A stretch of 64,000 bases of DNA from Dictyostelium discoideum (GCA_000004695.1 CM000155.2:3538380-3602379), one strand, 5' to 3'. Shown: positions 1 through 15,322, counted from the stretch's first letter. Numbers and translations: made by a program. The notes: a model not told the origin generated them from the letters alone.

Positions 1-3000
1 TTATCAATTTCACCAATCCAACTTGATATAGTATCATCATCAAAACAATTCAATGGATTTGTTGACCAAGATGTTTCTTTAAAACCATTACGATAATCTT
101 GAATTTGTTTATCACCATCATGAGCAGTCTTTATAATTTTCATTAAATCTTTAATTAATTGTTTTTCTTGTTTTTTATCAATACTACCATCATGATGATT
201 ATGATTATTATTTGTATTATATTCAGCTGAATTGGAATTTGATAAAAGTGTAATAATTTGTTGATAAACTATACCTCTTTCTAATTCAGATAATGCAAAT
301 AGTACTGATTTTCTATTCCAATATTCTATTACACCAAATCTATCAACTTTTGTTTCTGGTAATAATAATAAAAGCTTATAGATGATTTGATAACGTTTTA
401 AACGATGATTTTTTAATTCTGGGAAATGTTTTTCAATTTCACCATCTAAAGAAAGGTCACGAAGTAAATTATTCTTTGATAATGATAGATAAAGTTTTTT
501 CATTTCAATATCAGTGAAACCTGTAATCTTTGAGGTATTTTCAATTTCTAAAGGATTTGAAAGTTTATCTTTTAAAATGTTAACAGAATCAATTAAAACT
601 TGAGAACCAAATGATTTCATAATTTGATGGGCCCAATGATAGATAACATCTACGGAATTATTGTGAATTGTTTTATTAGTGCCTTCAATTTGATCAACAA
701 TCCATTCTCTACCTTGTGGAGTTGTCAAACGTGGTATATGGGATTGTGCAACTACAATAACTATTTTTTCATTTGGAAACTTTAAAGATTTTATAAATCT
801 TTCTGGTATTGAACCAATGATTGAAATTTTACCTTTCTTTGAGAATAGCTGAGTGGTTTTATCAGAGGCACCACCTAATTTACCCAAGAAATATTCAGCG
901 AAATCAGTGTTTGCCATTTGTTCTTTTGTTAGATTCCAATGGAATAAACTATTTAAACAAAGTATACAAGCACCAGTTAATGCACTACTTGAACTAACAC
1001 CACCAGATATTGGTAACTTTAATAATCCATCACTTGAGAAATGAAGTAGAATTGATTGATCTTTTGATTTTAACTTTGTTAAATCATTTAAAACCGATTG
1101 TGGGTAACTTTCACATTTATGAATTAAATAAGCCAATAAACATTTGATATAACTATCCCAATGAATTTGAGACCAAAGTGGTTCTTTTGATTTTAAATCA
1201 TAAGATTGTTTCAATAGTTTAATGATATCATTATCTATTGAGATTTCAACAGTTGGGAATTGTTTACTATCTTGATTACTAATGATTACTTTTCCACCAT
1301 TACCACCATTGGATTTAATTAATTGACCAATACATAATATTTCATTCATTGAATTTGAATTTATAGTGAAACCACCTAATCCTAATAAATCACTATGTCC
1401 CATAAATACACGATCTCTACCATTTGAACAAACTACAACAACTCTTGAGAATGGATTAAATGAATGAGATTTAATTGATACATCTAATTGATTAATTAAA
1501 TTTTGTTTTCTTTCTTTTAATAATTTAAAATTATCAAAACTATTATTATCACCACTAAAACTTTGTTGATATTGTAATTGTGGTTGTAGTGGTGGTTGTT
1601 GATTATATCTATCCTTTAATAAATCAATTGAAATTAAATTTTTAATATCATTAATTGTTAAATGAGAATTTCTTTGAACTTGATACCACCAATTAATAGA
1701 GATTGGAGTTGTTGGAGTTGAATGATTAAATTGATTAGTTTCTTGATCAAAATGTAGTTTTTCAGCCATAATTAAACTACCTGGTCTAGCATTTGCTTCT
1801 AAGATAAAAGGTTGATATTGCTGATTAACTTGATCATATGTTAAAATCATATCAATACCAATCAATGGTAAATCAATTTCTTCAAGAATAGTTTGAGCGA
1901 TTTCACACCAAAGTAACCAATCTCTTTTTTTAATTGGTATTGGTAAATCATTTAAAATTGATTGAACCAATACCCATTTTGAATTTCTAACACCAGGGGA
2001 AATGATTAATTCATCAACAGTACCAGCTTTTACAATTGAAAGTGTAGTTTCATTGCCAATACATGCATTCAATCTAAAGATTAATCTTTTTTGATCAGAT
2101 TTTGTTCTAACAGAATCAATAACTTGTGAAATTAAATATTCATCACCATTTAAATGATCTTGAGTATCGATTTCATCAATTAATTCTAAAACTCTTGTCA
2201 CCAATTTCTTTGATGAATTTGGAGATTTAAAATATTCAACACCATTCGATTCGGTTGTATTTGATCTTGGTTGTAAAATTAAACCTCTTTCAATTTGATT
2301 TGAATTTGAATTTGTATTTAAATCTAATAATAACAATTGTGGTGACTGTTTTTCAATTGATAATAGTATATCTCTTTCATTTAATAAATTCAAAGTTAAA
2401 TTTAATATAGCAGTTGGTGGTGTTGATTTTAATTCACCATTTAAAAACCATTTTGATAATTGTGATTTTAACCAATACTTATCATCACAACGTTCTTTAC
2501 TCTTTTCAAATTCATTCATAACCAATACATCATGTGATTGTAATTGTTTTGATAATTGTCTATGTTGTGATAATTCTTGATCTTGATAATCACCATTTAA
2601 TAATTCTAAAATAAAACAACTTGAAAGTTTTAATTTTAATCCAAATAATAATGGTAAATTAAATTCATAAATTATTTCGTTATCATTATCATTATCATTA
2701 TCGTTATCGTTATCATCATCATCATTTGGAATAATTAATAATTGACATCTTTTAATAAATGCTGATGATGATTCATTATCAAATTCAATCCAATCTTTAT
2801 GACAACCAATTACATTTAATTTAAATTTCTCTTGATATTTATAAATTGTTGTTATATTTTGTTGAAAAGATTGAGTGAATGGATAATAATGATGATTCAT
2901 TAATGTAGTTTTACCAACAACCACTGAAAATGTATTATTACCACCTAATAATGAATCTGTTAATTTCTTTATAAGTTTACTTTGTTCTGAACCTGGTGGT

Positions 3001-3184
3001 ACCATCATAACTGGTGGTGTTAATTCAACACTTATCAATGAATCATAATATCTTTCACTAATTCTTGTTAAATATTCATTCATTTCTTTTTCTTTATCAA
3101 TGAATTCTCCAAATGAATATGGATTTAAAGATAAATATTCTTTACATTTTTCAATACATTTTTCAATAAATTCTTTTGGGTCAT
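1..3184 (-). CDS. 3' exon of the giant gene, runs off the left window edge; ATP-grasp-like and GHMP-kinase-like modules
   Basis: The minus-strand frame (codon high coordinate = 2 mod 3) is open from the left edge (…DDDTISSWIGEID at 2-41) up to 3184. No minus-strand ORF is listed in the track, which fits a frame that runs off the edge. The translation contains an ATP-grasp-like motif (…GIDMILTYDQVNQQYQPFILEANARPGSL…) and a GHMP-kinase motif-II-like P-loop (PISGGVSSSSALTGAC, about 998-1040), followed by KLGGASDK. It joins the upstream exon in frame through an AG acceptor at 3185-3186 (ttatttag|atgaccc). Confidence 0.6.
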
Positions 3185-3266
3185 CTAAATAATAAATAAT
3201 TTTTTTTTTCAATATTAATATTTTATTATTTATTTATATTATTATTTTTTAAAAAAAATTAATTAC
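3185..3266 (-). other. 82-nt intron of the giant gene (GTAATT…TTTAG)
   Basis: On the minus strand the donor is aat g|gtaattaa at 3266-3265. The intron is AT-rich and the acceptor is ttatttag| ending at 3185. Splicing replaces the apparent GN-stop with …N-D-D-P-K-E-F-I-E-K-C… and keeps both long frames open (phase 1; 9181-nt upstream exon = 3n+1). Confidence 0.6.
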
Positions 3267-3373
3267 CATTAAAAACAACTTTAAGATCTAAATTTGAATT
3301 TTTTAAATTATCTGTTAAATTCTTTGAAATATTATTATTATTATTATTTATAGATTTAAATTGTTTTAATTTA

Positions 3374-3408
<35 letters not shown>

Positions 3409-4493
3409 ATTATTATTATTATTAAAATTATTTATATTTTTAATATAATCAAATAATTGTTGTGGTATAGTTGTTAAGAATTGTTTACCAATAGTTAAAA
3501 AGTTTGATAATACAATACGATCATTTTGACCAATTTTAGACCAATCAATTGATTTACTACCATTAATTGGATTAATGATTGTATGTAATTCGATTTCTCT
3601 CTTCCAAGAGTTTGTCCATAAACCGACGCCAACATTAGGTTCAAGATGCCAAAATTTAATTGATTTAACTTCACCTTGAAATTCTTTACCTGTCTTTAAA
3701 TCTTTTAAAAGATAAATTGAACCACCATTATTATTATCAATTGATTTTTCATTTTCATCATTAATATCTAAAGTTGTTGGAGGTATAGTTATATCAATTA
3801 ATCTACAAGATTCAACAATTTCACCAGTTTCTTTATTTTTCCAAACTGGTTCAGGTATGAAATCTAACATTAAATAACGTGGCCACCAAATTGGAGTACC
3901 TAAAGCATCAAATTCTTTAATGGAAGGGAATCTTTCATGATAAGATTTGAATGAATGTTTATAGAGTTCAATTTGTTGATTCCAATAGATAGGACCAAAT
4001 TTAGAGATATCAGACATAACATTTCTACCAGCTTCTTCTAAACCATTTAAAAATTGTTGTCTTAATGATGATTTAATTAATTGAGGATTTAAAATTTCTA
4101 ATGAACCCTGTCTACCAACATTTGTTGCAATTTGTAAACTATTTAATGAAATTGGATGTGAAGTTTGCCAATTTAATGGATCATCTAAACAAAGTTGTTG
4201 ATTATCATTATCACTATCCTTGTTGTTTTGATGATTTGGTTTTGCACATTTTGAACTTGAAAGAATTAAACGAACTGAACCATAAATTGAATCCTTTGGG
4301 AATCTATTCAATTCAACTGCTATACCATAATCATTAATTTGTCTTTCAATCATTCTTTTAATTGATCTATGTGACATCCAAAATAATGGTGATGCAATGA
4401 TTGCACGTTGAATTACAACATTTTGAGATTTTGAAATATGTAATATAAATTCACATGCATTATTAATTGATTTACTACATAATTTTATACCAA

Positions 4494-4532
<39 letters not shown>

Positions 4533-7500
4533 CACTATTAATATTATTATAATCATCTTGATCGTCATTATCTTGTTGTAATAAACAATCAAATCTTGAT
4601 AAATTTCTAGCACCAGATTCTGCAGCACCTTTAACTATTATAATTGGATATTGTTTAATGAATGGTAATAATCTTGTTTCAATCTTTTTCATTAATTCTT
4701 GGTGAGTACCTTGATTTTGAGTAGTTTCAATTTGTAACCAATCAATTTCTTGTGGTAAATTAACTTTATGTGGATTTGAATTTGAATTAAATATTAATGG
4801 ATATAATGATTTATTATAGGTCATTTCATAAAGAAAAGGTGATTTATCAGTGGTTGGATAACCAGCATTTGAAATTTGTGATTCTAATCTATGATGATGT
4901 AATGTTACAATACTACCAATTACAATTGGATGAATGAATCTTGATGCTACCAATACACCTTTACCAACAATGATAACCTTTTCATTAATTTCTTTTTCAA
5001 TTCTTTCATTAATTTGTTGAGTTGATAATTTTGAATAATTTGATAGATAATATTTATATTGATTTAAATTAATCCAATAAAATGCATCATTAATTGTTAA
5101 AACTGATTTATCTGTATCACCACCACCATTTCCACCACCACCATCAGGTAATGAAATAAAATTACCATCTCTTGTAATAAACAAATTATCAGATAAAGTT
5201 GGACCTTCAGTCATTGAACTTGCATAATGTGTCCTTCCAATTGGTGATAAGAAACAATGATTAACTTTTTTTGAACAATTTAAAGTTTCCTCTAAATATG
5301 GATCGATGAAATCTTTGAATACTCTTGGTAATTGGAAACCATCATTCTTTATGAAAACAATCTCTCTAAGTTGATTATAAGATCTCCAAAGTAATTCATA
5401 TTTTGGTGGATTATTTTCATAATCATCTTTACCAACTGATGAACCAATTGCTTGAGTAATAATTGTATCTGATTCAATATTTGTATCACCTAATAATAAA
5501 TCAATTACTTTTTGATCATCATTACCCCCACTACCACCACCACCACCACCACCACCACCACTAGTATTATTTTCACCAACAACAATATCATTATATTTTA
5601 AAGAATTAATAATTGATGATTTATTAATTATTAAAGATCTAATGAATGGATAAAGATATTTATGTGATTTCCAATAGAGTTGATATTGTTGTTCACGATG
5701 TGATGATAACATAATACCGACTTGATCGAAATGACGATTGAATAATGGATAACGTTTGGGATCCATACTCCATGGAGTGAATTCTGAATAATGATCATCT
5801 ATTGTTTTTGCAAAGAATTCAGCCAATGATCTAATTAATGGTTGATCAGATTCTAGATCACCACTTTCTAATGATAAATAAATTGAACATTTCTCTAATA
5901 ATAATAAAGTACTAATCAATTCTGTAATGATTGAAACTATTATTTGATGATCATTTTGATTCATTGATTTATTTGAAATTTCATATAATGGTGTAATTAA
6001 ACCAAATGTTTCATAAGTACCAATTAATTGATCCCAAATCTTTAAATCAATTTCATTACCATTAATACATAATCTATCAAATAATGATAATAAATTCTCT
6101 TTTTCTTTTTTATCAATTTCTTGTTGATTTATATCTTGACTCTTTGAATTTGAATAAATTATATTTACAATTGATTCTAATGATAAAATTGATAATTTAA
6201 ATATTTTACCAATAATAATATTAATATCTTGAATACTTATTGTTGTTGTTGTTGTAGTGGTGGTTGTTGTTGTTGAAATATTACTTAATTTTAAAATATT
6301 TTGATGAATTTCATTTAAATGAATTTTCTTTACATTATCAATAGTTAAATCAATTGATGATTTTAAAGGTGAAATGATTGAATTGAAACCAATTGATCTT
6401 GATTTCATAATTTGATTTTTCTTTGATTGAATTAAAAGTTCTTTTCTTCTAGTTACACCAGATTCAACATGATCTTCACTTGCTTTAACACTAAACATTT
6501 TACCCTTTCTATCTTTAAATTGAGCTTTACTTGGTGCTAATTGTTGTGATAAATCTTTAAATATTAAATCATTCAATTGTTGATCACCAATGAAATTGGT
6601 TGTTTTCATTTCATTTTGATTTTCATTTTCATTTGTTGATAAAAGATTATTAATTTTCTCATAAGATGATTGAATTAATTTTAATATTCTATTTTGATAT
6701 TGAATGGTTGTACCATTTAATAATAAATAACCACCAATTGATAACCAATGTAATGGTGATAACATTTCAATTGAAGGATTATCTAATAACTCTTGTAAAT
6801 GTTCTCTAATTATAAAATCTCTTTTCTTTGATCTATTTGCTAATAATACACGTTGTTCATATTGAATTAATAAATCAATTTCAGTTTCTAAACTTGATAT
6901 AATTAAACCTTCATTTGAATATTGTAGTTGTTGTTGTTGTTTTTGAGTATGATCATTATTAAATTGATTTAATTTTTTACATTGTTTACCAAATAATTTA
7001 AAATTAAAATCATTAAGTAATGATAATAATTTTTGATTATCATTTTCATTATAAATTGATTGGAAATAATTGAAAGCTATTATTGAACGATTTTCTAATC
7101 TTAAAACTTCTTGACGTAAATCTGTACCTAGAATTGGTTGATATTGATCTTTACCAAAACCAAATGCTTTATAGATTGATCTTCTACCATTGGTATGACG
7201 TTGTTCCCAATCGGTAATTCTATTACCATTTTGATCTATTGCTAAACAAGCAGCATACCAAAGCATGATATCACGTTCAAACCAACATCTATGACGACCT
7301 TGACTAACTTGATCATGAATTGCCAATGAACTATTAGGTCTACCAATCAACATTAGATCACGAATTGTTGAAGGATTTAAAGAAAGTAATTGTGGATGAG
7401 TGATAGAGAATACAACTATATCTTGACCTTGTAAATCCTTTAAGAATTGATTACCTGGACCTCTTAATTTTAACATTAATGGATGAATTTTACCACCAAT

Positions 7501-10500
7501 TTCTTTCTTTATCGCATTACATTTCTCTTTTGAATAGGTTGTTGATAATGGTACCCATTCATCAATGAATTGACGATGTAGTTGTGCATTGGCTCTCATT
7601 TGATCCATTGAAATTCCATAACGTTTTAAGATTTCAGCAGCTTCATTTGCATCATCCTCTAATAGGGATAAACTTTCAGATGAGAAATTTAAAAGATCTG
7701 AACTATCGACACCTGGTACACTTGTGATAGTAATATCACCAACGGTTGAATGTGGAGGAAATCTTTCAATTAATTTATTTACAATCTCTTGATGTTCACG
7801 ATTATTAGTTTCATCAAAATCCAATACACCATTACCAATGAATTGTTGTGCTAAATATTTTCTAATTGCTATATCTTGATGATGTTTTGAATTTGGTTTG
7901 AAACCATTCCATGTTAATCTTGCAACCAATTGACCCTCTTCATCCAATGACATTGAAACCTCCTCCATATGACCTGATAAAATTAAGAAAGCTCTCATTA
8001 CCCAAGCAAAACGTACATCTGGTGGTGGTTTTTCATTATCATCACCTTTATAAACTCCAAACATATGTATACGTAATTCAGTTTCTTTTGGTAAATTCTT
8101 TACTAATGGATTTAATTTAATTGCTTCTTTTGCACTCTCTGGTATTTCAATTGTCATTGGAAAAACTACTGATCTATTAACTTGTTCACCACCTAATGTT
8201 ACTTTTTTCTCTGCCCAATTACTCCAAACTGTACTATGACATGATGAAGTTAATGTTGATAAATTTGATGACGATGATAATGATGATGGAATATTATTAA
8301 TATTAATACCACTACTACCACCACCACCTCTTCTCCAACCATTAATTAATGGTGAAGGTATACCAATTGTACCAAGAATTTGACACATTTTTGAAACATG
8401 TAAACAAACAATACCACCAGTAACTTGAATATATTGTTTCATATATTTTGAAAAATTATTTGAATGAGTTGAACCACAAAATTTATTTAATAAACTATTT
8501 GAATCATTTGGATCAGGATTTGTAAATTGATTTGCAGCCCAATTTTCCCATTCACCAATTGAAGGGAATTGCCATTGTTTATTTGAGATTTCAATCATCA
8601 TTTGAATGATTTGTTGATGAAGATGTGATGGTATACCAATCATTGAAAGTTTTCTTGAATCTTGATGAGTTACAACAAACAATTTGAATAACAAATCTTT
8701 TGGAATACAATAGCCAGCTGTTGGTCCAGCGGAAAAGGATTCGTTTTCTTTACCCAATGCAATTGAAAGACCACCACGTTGATTGAATTGATATGATAAA
8801 TCTTCTATATCCCCAACTGATAAACGTTCGACAAACAATGCTTGTACATTTCTAACTGATCTAATCAATGCAGTATTTTGATTTTCACTAACTTTTAAAT
8901 TCTCTGCAGTAGTGATAGTACGAATTATTGGATTATAATTAATTAAAGAATAGAAACGATAAGCATGTTTTGCACAAAGTGGATCAGTTACACCAAGAAA
9001 TTGAGGCCAAGTTTCAACTGATTTTCTTTCATCTTTACCAAGGTTAACTCTTGATGGACCATAAATGAAATGATAACGTTTTCTCATACCAGTTGGTCTA
9101 ATTTCACCACCATTTTCACCGTCACTACCTCCACCACCACCACCACCAATTACAGCACCACAACTAAAGGCAAACAATGGATTATTCAATTGATTTAATA
9201 AACCATTCTCAGATATTACTGATCTTCTTGCTGTTGTTAATGATAATACTGAATGATTTCTATAATATTTCTCTAAACGTTTTAATATAAATAACTCTGG
9301 TTTCTTTTTATCAATAATCTCTAATGCTCTATATCTTGCTTCCCATTGAATAAAATATTTTAATTCATTCCTATATGGTTGTTTTGATTTAATAATAATT
9401 GAAATTTCTTCTTTTGATAAATTTATAATATTACCACTACTACCACTACTACCACTACCAACACCATTTGGTGATAGAAAATCTTTTTCATTTTTATTTT
9501 GTTGATAAATTGTTTCAATACCTAAATCTTGAAATTCTTTATAATATTTTGAATTATTTAAAATTTCTAAAACAGTTTTTGGTTCAGATTTAAGTCTTTC
9601 TTCTAAATTAAAGTTTATAGAATTTTCAGATGATGATGATAATGAATCATCAATTTTTTCTAATTCAAATAAAATTAATAATAATGAAACTTGTTTTTGA
9701 ATTATTAAATGATCAGAAACAATTGAAGAGATTGCACGTTGATGAGATATTTTCAAATGATTTTGACGTTGTTCAACTATTGGTTGATAATTAAATTCAT
9801 TGATAACTTTACAACCAACTAAATAGAGATCATTTTGATATTGATTTAATTTCTTTTCAACCAATTGTGGTAGACCATTATAATGTTCAATGATATTATT
9901 TAAACACATTTCTTCCTCTAGTACAGCTTGAATAAAACTTTCAACCAAACCTGGTGCCTCGGTAGTTAATAAATGAAAACCTGGTAAATTTCTTTGCTTC
10001 TTTAATGAATAATATTGCAATTGTGATAATTTGATTGGATTGTTATCTTTTAATGATGATAAATTGAATTTCTTTGATTTTTCAATTATTTCCAATTCTT
10101 TTGATTGAATTAATTGTTTTAATGATTCAATACGTGTTATGAATTTAGATTGTTTCCAATTTTCAAAGATGTTTGATTCAACTTGTTCATAAAGATTGTT
10201 CTCTTGATATTCTTGTTCTAATTGGCATGCCAATTTAATGATATCATCTTTTTGATTGATTAATAGCTTTCTGTAGATTTGTTCAAATTCAAAGATTCCC
10301 AAATTGTCTTGATAGAGTTTAAATGATTGTTCCAATAGAGTTGTTGAATGTTTAACTAATAACTCCCTTGCCAATGATAAATGTTCAGTTAACATTGTGA
10401 TTTTAATATTCTTTGACCAAGGATCAGCCAAAGATCTTATAGTTTGTTCAAGACCTTCTTGATCGACTTCAAAAACCGTTTCACTTTTACCATCGTCAGT

Positions 10501-11895
10501 GATATGAGTTCTTTCATAGATGAATAAAGGTACTGCTTCAATTAGGTCTGTAGAATGTTCAACCCAACAATTTGAAGGAGACATATGAATATTTTCACCA
10601 CCAATTCTAATTAACTTTTGAAGTGATTCCTCTTGTTCTGGTTTTGGTTCAAGATCATTTGTTCTAAATCTTTCAGAACCTGATAAACTTGGACGTTGTA
10701 ATAGTACTGAATAACCAGTTGATTCCTTTCTAGCAGATAGTATCTCTTGTTCCAATAATTGAACATCTTTCCAAACTTTACCATAACCTCTAGCGAATAA
10801 ATCATCAACAATTCTATAAACCATTTGGTAATAGTAATAATAATGTTGTTGTTGTTGATTTGATTGTTGATTACTATGTGATGAAATTAATAATGATCTA
10901 GTTGAACCTTCACCATGAAAATTTATAAATTTTGAATAATGATCATCAATAATTTGATAACATTTACCATAAACAATAGTAATTGTTTCTTTTAATTGAA
11001 TGATTGCACCTTGAATTTGTGTGATTGAAATTACTTTTTTTGAAGAAATACTTTGAAATCTACCACTTGTTGCTAATAAATGTTTTAATGTTTCTGATAA
11101 TTTTAATTTTAATTCATTCATACTACTATTATTACTATTATTATTATTATTAATTTGTTGTTGTTGATCAAATTGTTTTAAAAAGTAATTTAAAGATATT
11201 AAATTTTTAATTTGAAAAATTAAAGTTTTAATTGATTGAGAAACTTTTATCATTGAAGAAGCCGCGAATAGAGTAGCTTGATTCGAGAATGCTCTTGATT
11301 CTCTACCACAAACTATTATCTTATCCCAATTATTTGGAAAACCTGGTGAATTTATTGAATCACGAATTTCATTTGCTAATTGAATTGAATTCCTTTCTTC
11401 AACTGATGAATTAAATCTTTTAATAACTTGATAAGTTGATTCTCTTCTTTCTGCAATATCTTCAATTAATAATGATCTCTTTAATGATTGTCTATCATAA
11501 CAATAATCAATCTTTAATGATTTTAAATACCAAGATACTCTTGAATCACGTTTATTTATAACATTTTCAATTAATTGATTAATTAATTTTTCATTATCAT
11601 CATTATTATTATTATCACTGTTATTATTATTTAAAAGTAACCATTCTTCTAATTCAATTGTATTTAATGTTTGAGAAATTTTTAATTTTTCAAATAATTC
11701 AATTGATTCTTGATTAATTGTTTTAATTGATTCAATATAATCGATGAATAAATTATTTGAATCTAATAATCCATTTGAAATTTGTAATGCTTTTATTAAA
11801 CAAAGGTAATCTTGTTGAGTCATTGATAAAACATAACTTGTTAATTTATGTAAAACAATTCTATGAATTATATTCTTTGGTTTAATTTCAACATC

Positions 11896-11970
<75 letters not shown>

Positions 11971-12447
11971 TGAAATTTCATTTGTAATTATTAACCAATA
12001 TAAAATTGAAACACTAAATAATATTGAAATTTGATATTCAATCACTTGTGAACTACTACCATCTTCTTTACATTTATTTATAAATAATTTTAATAAATCA
12101 TAATTTGTTATTAAATTATTTTCATTATTAATTTCATCAAAACTATTATTATTATTATTATTGGTAAAAGTAAATGATGATAAATAACCATGATTTTCAT
12201 TAAAATTAATTGTTAAATTATTTAAATGATTATATTTATTAAAAATTGTTGGATAATTATAATTTAAAAAGTTTATTGATTTTAATAATGCTTTGGTTAA
12301 TTGATGATTTTTATTTGATTCTTCCAAGATGTAATCAAAACTATTACTATTATGAATTGAATTAAAATCAATATCAGTTAAACATGTTGAATCTGATGAT
12401 TTTGTTAATTTAAATGGCGTTGAATTGGTATCAATGCTTAATTTCAA
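3267..12447 (-). CDS. main exon of the giant multidomain gene (3060 codons); true start codon unresolved
   Basis: This is the 3062-aa ORF from the track. Its reported M at 12447 is TTG (plus caa). The same frame stays open 150 nt further upstream with no ATG, so an upstream micro-exon is likely. Long poly-N and poly-G tracts are present. An internal segment resembles nucleotide-sugar (UDP-glucose/GDP-mannose) dehydrogenases: CGAVIGGGG…, …SAGPTAGYCIPKD… (compare GGSCFPKD), and …RLTWNGFKPNS… (compare LAFKPNTDD). Confidence 0.65.
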
Positions 12448-13281
12448 TTTAGTTTCACCATACGTTCTTTTGGTTATCTCAATACAATTTGATTTTTTAT
12501 TATCTTCATTTTGAACTATTAAATTATTTGAATAATCAACTATTCCAATAATACCAATTGATTGATTATAATAATATAAATCTTTTTCCTTATTATTTTA
12601 TTTTATTATATTAGTAAATAATTTTAAAAATGAATAATAATAAATTTTTACATATAAAAAACATTAAAGCTGACACCAGTGGTGTGACTGTGTCAGAAAA
12701 AAAAAAAATTTTAAAAAGTTCGCAACTCGCACAAAAAAAAAATAAAAAGAAATAACATTCACACACAAAAAAAAAGATCGGAGGAAACCATCTGCGAAAC
12801 TGTTTTTTATATGTACTTCTTTTTTAAGTAATCCTTGAAAAAATAGTAAAAAAAAAAATTTAAAAATGAAATAACACCTGTTTTTGAAATTTAAAAAAAA
12901 AAAACAAAAAACCATATAAAAACAGACCCAATTACTGCATTTTTCGAACAAATTTTTTTTTTGGTGAATTATAATTAAATCAACTATTCACAGAAAGGTC
13001 CAATAATAATAACTATTATTTAGTGAATCTTACATTCAAATCTAGGGATTTATAAATATTATTTGAATTTTCATTCTTGATCATCTTGGTTATTTATTTT
13101 TGTTTTTTTTAATTTTTTTTTATTTTTTTTTTTTATTTTTATTTTTTTTTTTATTTATTTTTTTTTTATTATCTAGAAGATAAAAAATTTAATATAATTA
13201 ATTTTATTTTTTTTAAAAATTTTATTTTTTTTTTTTAAATAAGATAGATAGAGAGAGAGAAAAAAAAAATATTTGTGAGAA

Positions 13282-13312
<31 letters not shown>

Positions 13313-13704
13313 ATTTTATTAAATTTTTTTTTTTATTAAAAATTTTTTTATTTTATTTTTTATTTTTTATTTTTTTTTTATTAAATTCATTCACACCACA
13401 CACTCTCACTCACATCTTTTAAAACATTTCATATGGTGTTTTATTTTTTTAATTTTTTTTTTTTTTTTTTTTTTTTTCGAAAGATATTTACAAAACAATT
13501 AAACAATCATTTTATAATTTTTTTATTTATTAATAGTAATAATTGGTCAAAATAAAAAAAAATTAATTTATTACAGAAGATAAAATTTTTTAGTTGTGCA
13601 ATCAAGAATTAAAATTTAAAATTTAAAATTTAGTCGTTTAATTATAAGATGGTAATTATTGTTTATCTTTTTCTTATTTAATTTATTAATACAAGATAAT
13701 TAAA

Positions 13705-13804
<100 letters not shown>

Positions 13805-13850
13805 TTGAAATAATAATAAAATGATGCAATTAATTAATTTGATTAAGTAA

Positions 13851-13902
<52 letters not shown>

Positions 13903-13947
13903 TTTTTTTGTTGGGCCATTTAAAAAAAATTTTTTTTATAAAAAAAA

Positions 13948-13978
<31 letters not shown>

Positions 13979-14925
13979 GTTTTTCAGAGGGTAAAAAAAA
14001 AAAAAAAATTTTAAAAACCCAAAAAATTAAATTTTTAAAAAAAAAAATAAACCCCTTTTATTAAAAAATTTTTTTTTTTTTTTTTTTTTTTTAAAAAATT
14101 TAATTTTTTTTTTATTATTTTTTAAAAAAATTTTTTTTTTTTTTTTTTTTTAAAATTCAAAAAAACTTGTTATTTTTTATATATATAAATTTCTTATATA
14201 ATATTATTAATATTAATAAGGAAAATTAAATCTCAAGATCATTCTAAAAATAAAACACACAAGGGTGATGTAGTATATTTAAAAAATATAAAAAAAAAAA
14301 AAAATGAAAATTATAAAAATAATAACTGGTGCAGGTGCCCCTAAAATCAAATAACAAAAAAAAAAAAAAAAAAGAAAAAAATGAATAAAAAAAAAAAAAA
14401 AGAAAAAAAATAAAAAAATAAAAAATTGAAAAAGAATTTGTTGGTGTGTGTGTGAATGTGTGTGTGTAGTTTTTAAATAAATATAAATTTTTTTCTTTTT
14501 TTTTATTTTTTTTTATTTTTTTTCTTTTTTTTTTTTTTTTCTTTATTTTTTTTTTTTTCTTTTTTTTTTTCTTTTTTTTTTTTTATATAATTAAATTTTA
14601 TTTTTTTATTTCCCATACATTAATTAAAAACACATAAAAAAAAAACAGTTTATTTATCACATAATTTTATTTATATAATTATTATTATTATTAATATAAT
14701 ATTGTTTGTTCAAATAATTTTTAAAAAAAAAAAAAGAGGGAATTTTTTTTATTATTTATTTTTTTTTTTTTTTTTTTTTTAAAAAAAATAATTTATTTTT
14801 ATTAAAAAAAAAAATTATTTATTTAAAAATAATAGATCAATAATAACCCAATCAAATTTTTTTTTAAAAAAAAAAAAAAATTAAAAAAATTAAAATTAAA
14901 AAAAAATAATTAAAAATAAAAAAAA

Positions 14926-15322
14926 ATGTCATCAACTAATAATAGCCCAACAAATGTCGGTAGTAAAGAATCTATAAATAATACTAGTAATTTATCATCA
15001 ATATCAAATACATCAAATATATCATATGATAAATTATTATTACTCTGTTCAACATGCCACCAAAAGATTAACCAAGATGTGAAAGAATTAAATGAAAAGG
15101 TATTGCCGGGATTCCATGATTTAAAATATTCATTTACATGTAAATCATGTAGTTCTTCAAAAAGTCCAATTCTATTTCACCTTGGTAAATCTTGGAAATG
15201 TGTAATTCACACTGCATTATATAATATGGAAAGACAAAGTAATCAAAGATTCTTTCACCATTCTGACGTAACTAACTATGTTACAAAATATCCAAATGTT
15301 TTTTTACATGATAAAAGTTTAG
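14926..15322 (+). CDS. exon 1 of the RS/poly-N protein with triple Cys4 + winged-helix modules
   Basis: ATG at 14926. The donor is tta g|gtaatatt at 15323. The exon length is 397 = 3n+1 (phase 1). It encodes the first CxxC…CxxC module and the KSWKCVIHTALYNM winged-helix-like motif. Confidence 0.7.

Noticed and set aside
853-1044. 63-aa plus-strand ORF
   Set aside because: It lies antisense to the continuous minus-strand coding frame of the giant gene (it covers the GHMP-like P-loop region) and has no support of its own.
4101-8120. Short plus-strand ORFs (4101-4337, 7911-8120) and the minus-strand ORF 10611-10811 inside the giant gene
   Set aside because: These are alternative-frame or antisense ORFs nested in a 9-kb open frame, which is expected by chance.
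12664-12951. 95-aa minus ORF rich in Phe
   Set aside because: It is a translation of poly-A/T intergenic sequence and has no ATG-context or composition of a real gene.
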